From assembly GCA_976226885.1 (NCBI GenBank), contig OZ320316.1, positions 59,210,001 to 59,274,000 of the forward strand: 64,000 nucleotides of DNA, written 5' to 3'. Below are positions 11,453 to 20,635 of the stretch, piece after piece (position 1 is the first letter of the stretch; every line of letters begins with the position of its first letter). The notes beneath the pieces were generated by a model. The model saw nothing but the letters and a program-made list of their open reading frames with translations, was not told the DNA's origin and did not search any database. The DNA comes from Iphione sp. A-MEVVRFRX5. Taxonomy: Eukaryota. Both the position numbers and the translations under genes were made by a program.

Positions 11453-13649
11453 TGTGTTCTGGCATGGCTTGGAATCATGAATCAGTAATGAATTAATATT
11501 AACACACCTTTAATTGTCTTTTGAAGCCATTTTAATGAATACTTCATACTGGGCATCATCCTCTCCCAAACAGGAAGTAAACAAACCTCCCTGCAATCTG
11601 ATTGGATGACAAAGGTCACATGATTAACATGGCGCTTTATTTACAAAATGTGAGTGTAATGTCGTTATCCGGTTCCTCCCACCTCATGAATATTAAGTAG
11701 GGAGCAATCCCAGAACTCCATCCAATATGGCTACCACCAACATGTAGTAATAAACATCACCTCTTTGTAACTAAGTTCTCAAGTGATCATTTCATACACA
11801 CACACACAACGAAGACAAGTGTGTACATGTGAAGTTGGGTAAAGATTCAACCTGTCACAGTAATAAACCCTGACCTGAGGTAAGGAAAACTTTGATATTA
11901 TTCCTGTTTAACCTGTGTGCTGTCTAAGAGAAGAAGATTCAGCCAGGTCAGTGATTTTAATTCTCTGTGCAAAGAAGAACTGTATCTGACATTTTATTTT
12001 GATTGAAGTATTGAAAATAAAACTGTCAAGATGAATCCCCAGGTAAATCTTCCAAACTACCCTGAATTCATTGTCACTGATGACCCTGAAATATCTCTGA
12101 AGTGGGAAGAATAGCTGGAAGGATTTGAAGCCATGCTTGCAGCCATGAGAGTGACAGAAGAAAAGGACAAGAGGAACATGATTATGCACTATATAGGGCC
12201 AGCAGCAAGAAAAGTGATCAAGAGGCTGGAGAACACAGGTGGTGAAGCAGAATATGTAGCCTTAAGAAATGCCCTGAATGGTCATTTTAAGCCAAAACTC
12301 AACAGAGTTTACTTGATGAATATGCTCGATCAAGTGCAACAACAGACAGGAGAGTCGATTGACAACTTTCTTGTGCGAGTAAAGGAAAAAGTTGCTGTCA
12401 TTGAGATTGACAAGTTGTCAAAAGAAGAAATCATTGACCTAATAACCTTCTCCCAGATGGTCAACAACTGTGTGAGTAAACATGTGAAAAAGAAGGCGAT
12501 CCGTGATGGTTTGAACTTAAATGATTTTATGCAGACCGCACGTGCAGCAGAGCGAACGGAATTCCAGATGAAGGACTTGGAAGCAGAGTCCACAACAAAT
12601 TCGACTTCCAGTTCAGCCAATGCCGTCACCGATGACAGGATCAGAGGTAGAAAAGCGCATCGTGGCAGATCACGGGGACGATCGCAGAGTCGAGGCCGCT
12701 CCAAGTCACAACACCACAGGAAGGACAAGAAGTGTTTCCGATGTGGAGGATCTTTCCCACATGAAGGTGACTGTCCAGCGAAGACTCAAACCTGTCGGAA
12801 ATGTCAGAGAGTTGGACATTATGAGAAGATGTGTCGCACGAAGACGTCAAAGAAGGGAAGTGTCAACCAAGTCTACAATGACAAATATGTCATGGTGCCC
12901 GCTGTTTCCATTGCATCCGTAGCGAGGCAGAATAAGAAAACAAAGACAGTGACACTACTGATGCATGACGAAGAAGTAGCACTACTGCTGGACACAGGAG
13001 CAGAAATTAACATTATTGGAGAGGAAACATTCCGCACCCTGAAGAACAGACGAAAGGACCTGAAGAGGCCAGACAAGAAATACTGTGGCTACGGACCAGA
13101 AGGTGAGCGAGTCGAGCTGCCTATTCTCGGGTACTTCAGTGAAGTAGTGAAAGCTCCACAAACAATGAAGATGACTCGTGCCGAGATCTATGTTCTAAAA
13201 GTTAAGGTGATGAATTTGCTAAGCTGCAAGACTGCAGAGAAGCTGGGACTAGTGTCATTTGCACACATCTATGAAGTCGGTGCCAACAACGTAGACCAGG
13301 TCGTGGAGGAATATGCGGACAGATTTGAAGGAATCGGGAAGATGAAAGAAGTCCAGTTACATCTAAGCATCAACAAAGAAGTGAAGCCGATAGCTCAGAA
13401 GGCAAGACGAGTACCATTCCATCTGAGAGAGAACGTTGAACAGGAGCTGGAACGTCTGAAAGAGATGGACATCATTGAAGATGCTAAAGGATCAACACCG
13501 TGGATCAGTCCAGTGGTGATCGTACATAAGCCAAATGGCCAGAAGAGGATCTGTCTTGATAGCAGGGCTATCAACACTGCGATCGAGAGGGAGAGACATC
13601 CAATCAGCACACTTGAAGAGCTGATCGTTACGAAAACGACGGGTTTGTT

Positions 13650-13965
13650 GCGCTACCACTTTAGGAATCAAATGTTCCAAAGCTCCTACTGACAGCAGGT
13701 ACATGGACCTCCCTTGAATTTTGAACAGGCATTTCCATTGGCTGTGGGGAGAGTCTGTGCCTTCCCATGATGGCTTGTGGCATGGAATTCTGTGATATTA
13801 ATATGATTGGGTTGCACTGTAAGTGTTTTGTCAGTGTTTTCACTGTGATACAGTTGCACTAAGTGAAAAATAACGATTAGATAAGTTTTTGATGAGTGAG
13901 GTTGAGGTCTCACTATGTAGAATATCACAGAACAGTGGTTTCGACTTTAATGTCTCCTCAGGCGC
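13650..13965 (-). ncRNA. Type I hammerhead ribozyme with a 273-nt insertion in loop III
   Basis: GCGC-CUGAGGA-GAC(AUUAAA)GUC-GAAA-CCACU (13965-13934) and AGUGG-U-A|GCGC (13660-13650): full core, stems I, II and III, GUA cleavage triplet. Confidence 0.75.
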
Positions 13966-14268
13966 TAGATTTCAATTCATTGTCACTCTCAGTGTTTACA
14001 GGTGGTAATATGAATATATAATAGCATTTTATCCGCTTGTTTAAGTGATCCGCTGTCAATATATTTCGCTTCTGCTGATGCCCATGTGGCCAGATTGCTC
14101 ACACCAAATCTAGGAGTTGAATTGGCAATATGGGTTCAGTGGAGTGTGGTAGGACCTAGTGCAGACTATTGAGGCTTCGTGCTACACAGACCATGTGGCG
14201 TGTTGAGATATATCAACAAAGCAATGGACACTCAATAGGTAACGACATGTGATTGTTGATAGCCACGG

Positions 14269-17124
14269 CTAGTCCAAAAGATTCAGGCCACTAGGAAAAA
14301 CCATTTTCAGTCGGTGTATCCAGCGGCGCTCCCTGGTTTCTCGGGCAGTTTTGTATTCCCGAGTTGCCGGATATTTGAGGAATTCCAGCACACTAATTTT
14401 TACGTCCTTCCAGCCCATGGTTGGGTGGGTTGTGGTTTGACTGAAGTGCCTTGCCACTGTTGTGTCCACATTTCTCTTGATGTCGGACTTATGATTCGCA
14501 AATCGCTCGGCAACCGTATTCTGAGTCTGGCCTACATATTGTATGCCGCAACTTTTGCATGTGATCAGATATATCAGATTGTTGCTTTGACAGTTTATAT
14601 TCTGATAGGTTATTATCGTGTCCCCCGTTGATCTAATGTTTGTATTACCAGTGCGGTCCAAGGCGGGACAAATTCTGCAACCTAAGGGATTTTTGCACTT
14701 GTGTCTGTTGATGGTTAATGATGTGATACTTCTGGGCCTATTGTACATCAGTGTATCTAGTGCATTGTCTGGTTTCTTGGGTATGTGTGGTAGTTTTGCA
14801 CGTACAAGATAGTCGGACAAGTTCTTGTTGCGACGTTTTCCGAATATGATTGTACTGTCTTGTAGATGGCGGGTAACTTTCGATTTACCCAAAGTGTCCC
14901 AATGTTTTTGTGTCAGTTCCCTGACTGGAGGGTTGGTAGGGTTGTGGGTGGTGATGTAGTAGAACTTATTCTTTGAGGTGGCAGTATTATTGATACGTTT
15001 TTCTTTCTGGGGTTTGAGGAGATCATCCCTATTTATGTTTGCAACTCGTGATAGGGACGTTAGAATTTCTTTGTCAGGATAACCCCGTCTTATCAAATGA
15101 CCACTCATTTTGATTGTGTTGAGGAGGAATTCCTCTGTGGTGGAGCATATTCTTCGTATTCGTAGGAATTGTGAATATGGGATCGAGTTTAGGCAGCTTT
15201 TTGGATGGCATGAGCTGTACATCAAGTAGTTGTGTGAGTCTGTAGGTTTGGAGTATATAGTGGTCTGTAAAGAACCACAGTTGTCTAGTATCACCTTGGT
15301 GTCTAAGAAGCTTATTTCTTTCGCTGAGTACTCTAGAGTGAATTTGATTGTAGAGTGGACAGAGTTCAAGTGCTGGACAAAGTTTCTAAGGTCAGCCTCT
15401 GAATGTGTCCAGATCATAAAGATGTCGTCAATGTACCTTTTCCACACAAGAGGTTGGAGTGGATAAGTATATACAAATTGTTCTTCAAAATGGCCCATAA
15501 AAAGGTTAGCGTATGATGGAGCCAGTTTCGTGCCCATAGCAGTGCCACCAACTTGTAAGTAGTGTTTGTCGTTAAATGTAAAGTTATTGCAAGTGAGGAC
15601 TAAGTGTAATAGTGTTAATACACTTGTGATAGTCGGATTCAAGTCTGTATTTCTGTGTTTCAATAACATATGTTTTGTGGCTGCGATGCCTTCAGTATTC
15701 CGAATGTTTGTATAAAGGCTGGTCACATCTAGAGTTGCTAGGTAGGCGCCTGGAGGGGCTGCAGAGATGTCTCTCAATATGCACAAGAAATCACTAGTGT
15801 CTTGTACATATGATGGTAGAAGCGGAACTAGGGGATTAATAGTGGTGTCTACTAGTTGGGAGATCTCAGTGGGGCAGTTGTTCGCCGAGACAATCGGTCT
15901 CCCTGGGGGTGGTATTTTACCCTTATGAATTTTTGGTAAAAGATAGAAGTTTGGTGTGCGGTCGTTGCAAGTTGTGAGATATCGTCCGACCTTCTCGCTC
16001 AATTCTTTGTTGTGGACCATATCTTTTACTGTATTGTTGACCACTTTGATATGTTTAGACGTTAAGTCGGAATTAGTTTCTCGATAGAATTTCGGATCAT
16101 TGAGTTGTCTTAGTCCTTCTTTTATATAGTCTTCTCTATTTAGGATAACTGTGGCTCGGCCTTTGTCGGCTTTCTTGATTACAATGCTTTTATTCTGAGA
16201 TAAAGAGCGGATAGCCTTGAACTCAGTTTCTGACAGATTCTTTTTTCTGGGGGGCCTGATGGGGTATTGTTCCAGATCTGATCTGATTTTGAAAAAGGTG
16301 TGCTCAAGTAAGGGCGGTCCCACAGGGTTCCAGTCACTTTTGAGTTTCAGTTTTGGGTTATCGAAAGGTTTAAAATTAGTAGGACTCGAAGTGTCGAGTG
16401 GTCTATTGTCATTGACATGGCAGCCTTCTTTATGGAAAAATATCGACCTTCTTACCGACGTGTGGAAGTGATCTAGGTCCTCTGAGAGTTCATCTAGATC
16501 AGGTCTGCCAGGAGTCGGGACATAATTTAGACCTTTGGAAAGCAAACTGAGTTCAGCACTATCAAGCCTATAATCGGACAAATTTACAACACTGGTTTTG
16601 TTCAACAGGTCTATATTATTATCATTGTTAACATTCAAACAAAACAGGGTTTCAAACATGGCAATATAGGATTCAATATCCAAATCTGGCCAGTACGAAC
16701 AACAATGTGTCAGGTCAGTGTCATATGAAAAATCTTTTTGGTCAGTGTTCTGGCCTTGGCATGTGCTAGAAGAGAAGTTCTTAGTGATCACAGTCTTAAC
16801 TATTTTGTCAACATCAAATAGAGTGGTGATGTCTTTGTCAGATACGTCAGAGCTGAAATTAGAATGAGAGCATAGAACATTAACAGGGCAGTTACCAGAA
16901 TAGTCATTGGCCCACGAAGCTACTTCTTTGCGGATGAGCCCAGGATTTGGCCCATCATCCGTTTGAGTTCCTCGAATTCCCTCACGGTTGCCTGAGTGCG
17001 TCTGCGTGAGTTCCGCTGTCCCTCGCGTGGGGGTCTGCCCGCGTCGTCTTGTCGCCTGCGCTTGGACGATTTCCGATCGCAATGGGTGTTGTCCCTGGAG
17101 CGGGACCTGGACCTGGGGCGACGA
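14269..17124 (-). CDS. PLE RT + Cys-rich linker + GIY-YIG endonuclease (open frame; first in-frame ATG 16659)
   Basis: VVNLS..LSKGLNYVPTP, KADKG, LDVTSLYTNI, GTAMG..APSYANLFM, RYIDD; linker CKNPLGCRIC; LIYLITCKSCGIQYVGQT; no internal stop. Confidence 0.93.
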   Translation of the reverse strand, partial: SSPQVQVPLQGQHPLRSEIVQAQATRRRGQTPTRGTAELTQTHSGNREGIRGTQTDDGPNPGLIRKEVASWANDYSGNCPVNVLCSHSNFSSDVSDKDITTLFDVDKIVKTVITKNFSSSTCQGQNTDQKDFSYDTDLTHCCSYWPDLDIESYIAMFETLFCLNVNNDNNIDLLNKTSVVNLSDYRLDSAELSLLSKGLNYVPTPGRPDLDELSEDLDHFHTSVRRSIFFHKEGCHVNDNRPLDTSSPTNFKPFDNPKLKLKSDWNPVGPPLLEHTFFKIRSDLEQYPIRPPRKKNLSETEFKAIRSLSQNKSIVIKKADKGRATVILNREDYIKEGLRQLNDPKFYRETNSDLTSKHIKVVNNTVKDMVHNKELSEKVGRYLTTCNDRTPNFYLLPKIHKGKIPPPGRPIVSANNCPTEISQLVDTTINPLVPLLPSYVQDTSDFLCILRDISAAPPGAYLATLDVTSLYTNIRNTEGIAATKHMLLKHRNTDLNPTITSVLTLLHLVLTCNNFTFNDKHYLQVGGTAMGTKLAPSYANLFMGHFEEQFVYTYPLQPLVWKRYIDDIFMIWTHSEADLRNFVQHLNSVHSTIKFTLEYSAKEISFLDTKVILDNCGSLQTTIYSKPTDSHNYLMYSSCHPKSCLNSIPYSQFLRIRRICSTTEEFLLNTIKMSGHLIRRGYPDKEILTSLSRVANINRDDLLKPQKEKRINNTATSKNKFYYITTHNPTNPPVRELTQKHWDTLGKSKVTRHLQDSTIIFGKRRNKNLSDYLVRAKLPHIPKKPDNALDTLMYNRPRSITSLTINRHKCKNPLGCRICPALDRTGNTNIRSTGDTIITYQNINCQSNNLIYLITCKSCGIQYVGQTQNTVAERFANHKSDIKRNVDTTVARHFSQTTTHPTMGWKDVKISVLEFLKYPATREYKTARETRERRWIHRLKMVFPSGLNLLD

Positions 17125-20100
17125 GCGAATCATAAGTCCGACATCAAGAGAAATGTGGACACAACAGTGGCAAGGCACTTCAGTCAAACCACAACCCACC
17201 CAACCATGGGCTGGAAGGACGTAAAAATTAGTGTGCTGGAATTCCTCAAATATCCGGCAACTCGGGAATACAAAACTGCCCGAGAAACCAGGGAGCGCCA
17301 CTGGATACACCGATTGAAAACGGTTTTTCCTAGTGGCCTGAATCTTTTGGACTAGCCGTGGCTATCAACAATCACATATGTCGTTACCTATGAAGAGCTG
17401 ATCGTTGAGATGAATGGAGCTCAGATTTTCTCCAAAATAGATCTCAACAAGGGTTACCATCAACTAGAGCTGGCAGAAGAGAGTCGCTACATCACCACGT
17501 TTGCAACGCATCAAGGACTCTACCGTTACAAACGACTGTGTTTCGGTATCAACTCTGCAGCCGAGATCTTCCAGAAAGCAGTCTCAGACATGTTACAAGG
17601 AATCAGTGGAGTGAAGAACGTGTCAGATGACATCATCATATATTCGAAGACACTGGAAGAACATCAGAAGACAGTCAAGGCGGTCCTGCAGCGCATGAGA
17701 GAAAACAACGTGACTGCTAACAAGGACAAATGCGAATTCTGCAAAGATGAAATTCAGTTTTTCGGACATGTTTTCTCCAAAGATGGTATCTCTCCAAGCG
17801 AAGATAAGATTTCTGCAGTGACCAGTCCAAGCCCTCCTCAGAATGCAGAAGAAGTCCGAAGTCTCCTCGGGATGGCACAGTATGTTGCAAGATTCATCCC
17901 AAATTACAGCATAACAGTTGCACCATTGAGACTCCTCACTCGAAAAGATGAGCCATGGAGATGGGGACAGGAGGAGATGAAAGCGTTTGAAGCACTGAAG
18001 GACAGCATGACAAATTGGAAGATGATCAGATATTTTGACATCAAACTTAAGACAGAACTAATCGTGGATGCTAGCCCATTTGGATTGGGAGCAATTTTGA
18101 CTCAGAAGACAGCAGATGATGAGAGTCGAGTGATCGAGTATGCAAGTCGAGCATTGACAGACACAGAGTCAAGGTACAGCCAAACAGAAAGAGAAGCACT
18201 TGGGATAGTGTGGGGCTGCGAACACTTCAATCACTACCTCCTAGGGGCAGACTTAAAGGTGATCACGGATCACAAGCCCTTGGAAGGCATCATGAATAAG
18301 CCGATGTCGAAGCCAACAGCCAGGCTTCAGAGACTGTGTCTACGCCTACAGCCGTACAAGTTGACAGTTGTCTATCAACCCGGAAAGTCAAACCCTGCTG
18401 ACTACCTGTCCAGACACCCGAAGAAGGATGATGAAGCATGTGATCCATCATGGCTGGACCTGCAAACAGAACAAGTCAGCATACATGCAGTACAATATTA
18501 TAGCATGCATGGAAGACACAGTATCTCCAGAGAAGAACTCGAGAAAGAGACAGCCAAAGATGAAGTCCTGCAGCGAGTTATGCAATGTATCGCATCACAA
18601 AGATGGCATGAGTTGGATGTGACTTATCAGCCATACAGGAGGCTGAAAGAAGAAATGTCGGTATGTGATGGCTTGATATTGAAAGGGGACAGAGTCGTTC
18701 TACCAAAGAGCCTGCAACAGAGAGCAGTTGACGTCGCCCACTCAAGTCATCAAGGCATAGTGAAGACCAAGTCGTTGCTGCGTGAAACTGTCTGGTTCCC
18801 AGGAATAGACAAGCTGGTAGAAACCACAGTAGCCAACTGTCTCCCATGCCAGTCGGCAACTCTGAAGGTTGAGAGAGAACCGCTGCATGCCACAGAATTA
18901 CCGAAGAATCCGTGGACAGAAGTTTCTGTTGACTTCTGTGGACCTTTCAAGAGTGGAGAGTATCTGCTAGTAGTCATCGATGACTTACAGTCGCTTCCCT
19001 GAAGTGGAAATTGTGACCTTGACGTCAGCAACAGCAGTCATTCCAAGGCTTGACGCAATATTTGCCCGTCAAGGAATACCACTGACTGTCAAGTCTGACA
19101 ATGGACCGCCCTTCAACGGTGAAGACTTTGCAATGTGGGCCAGGTATGTGGGCTTCACTCACAGAAAAATCACACCCTTATGGCCACAGGCTAATGGAGA
19201 GGCGGAACGATTTACGAGGATGCTGGGAAAGGCAATACATGCCGCAATGATTGACAAAGGAAGCTGGAAGCAAGAGCTCTACACCTTCCTCCGGCACTAC
19301 AGAGCTACTCCACACAGCACGACAGGCATGTCTCCATCTGAAATGCTAAATGGAAGAAAGCTGAGAACAGAAGTGCCCATGAAGACGACAAAGAAGCAAG
19401 TCAGATTTCAAGACCAGGTGGAACTGGCAAGAAGGAAGGATGAGAGACTGAAGGGGCACATGAAGGAGCTCGCCGACAAGCGTCATCAGGCAAAAGAAAA
19501 TAACCTGGAAGTCAGAGACCGAGTTCTCGTGAGACAGCCAAGAGTGGACAAGCTGTCAACACCGTACAAGCCTGCACCATATGAGGTCATCAAGAAGAAT
19601 GGCAGCTTGATCACAGCAAGACAAGGTGATCATGTCATAACAAGAAATTCATCCTACATGAAGAGGATTGACAGACAGTGTGGTGACATGGGACCCACTG
19701 ATTCAGAGCTGGAAGCGCTCTTAGACGATCTGTCACCCTGCGATCAGAGCGAGACTAACACTGGCACTGATGTAACTGATGTGCCTACACAACATGCATC
19801 AAATTCACCCAAGCCGAGTGATGTCAGTTCCTGACGAGTGTCAGCAAGGACTAGGAGAACACCTAGTCACTTGAAAGACTTTATTGTATGGAAGTGAGTG
19901 CTGAGGACTCACTATGGGAGTGAAGTGCTAGTAACTGTTCTTCCCCAGATTAAATTCGAATATTGAAAAGTAAAGCTTGTTTATAAGCTAGAGTCACCAA
20001 AGAGACACTATGAACACATCTATTCATGAACATTCATTTAAAAGAGACTATCTTAAGCAAATGGTTTAAGAGCTTAAAGATATAGTTTGTTTCAAAAGAA

Positions 20101-20635
20101 GGGAGAGATGTAATGTCGTTATCCGGTTCCTCCCACCTCATGAATATTAAGTAGGGAGCAATCCCAGAACTCCATCCAATATGGCTACCACCAACATGTA
20201 GTAATAAACATCACCTCTTTGTAACTAAGTTCTCAAGTGATCATTTCATACACACACACACAACATAACAGTGAGTATATCAGCAGCACCATTCTGAAGA
20301 TTTAAGGTAATTTAAGAGAAAATATCACTTATAACATATGTAAAAATGTTTTTCATAGGTCATTTACTTAGTTTTGATGTATAGGCTACCCCATTTCTTC
20401 CATACTTCACTGTTTAAATGCTGAGTCGACCTGAGATCCACCATTTTGTTTAACCTTACTTCGAATTATTGACAATGAAGATGACAGCCAATATAAATCA
20501 GTATTACATATTAACCAATATTATTTCTTGTAATAAATTCTAACCATGTTTAGGTTGCATCAGACCAAAACATGCCTTTGGTAATACTAAAAGATAGGAC
20601 GATCATAGCCAGCCATGTTAGAACAATATACATAA

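Larger units (their letters stand above)
13630..17390 (-). mobile_element. Penelope-like element (Neptune-type), 5'-truncated, with inverted 5' copy of its 3' end
   Basis: 16-bp TSD TGAAGAGCTGATCGTT (13614-13629, 17391-17406); 17125-17390 is an inverted copy of 14236-14499; RT plus GIY-YIG ORF. Confidence 0.95.
12031..19897 (+). pseudogene. Mag-like gag-pol (disrupted)
   Basis: ATG 12031; TAG at 12112; PLE insert 13630-17390; +1 frameshift near 18986 (IDD-YSRFPEV); in-frame TGA at 19832 followed by RVSARTRRTPSHLKDF to the stop at 19897. Confidence 0.9.
11655..20270 (+). mobile_element. Full-length Gypsy (Mag-like) LTR retrotransposon, interrupted by a PLE
   Basis: LTRs 11655-11810 and 20109-20270, identical over 156 bp; 5-bp TSD GTGAG (11650-11654, 20271-20275); PPT 20093-20108; single gag-pol frame with two Zn knuckles, DTGA protease, RT, RNase H and integrase. 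Confidence 0.96.

Noticed and set aside
13889-13913. Second hammerhead on the plus strand (TTGATGA-GTGAG..CTCAC)
   Set aside because: C3 is missing and no GAAA follows stem II; it is simply a hairpin of the minus-strand domain.
17125-17310. N-terminal ~62 aa of the 1013-aa PLE ORF
   Set aside because: It is the antisense reading of the inverted 3'-end copy; it is identical to the start of ORF 14314-14631, so it is an artefact of the inversion.
19831-19880. CTGACGA...GAAA hammerhead-like motif at the Mag pol end
   Set aside because: Extra bases lie before GAAA, there are no stems I or III, and the sequence is the coding tail RVSARTRRTPSHLKDF.
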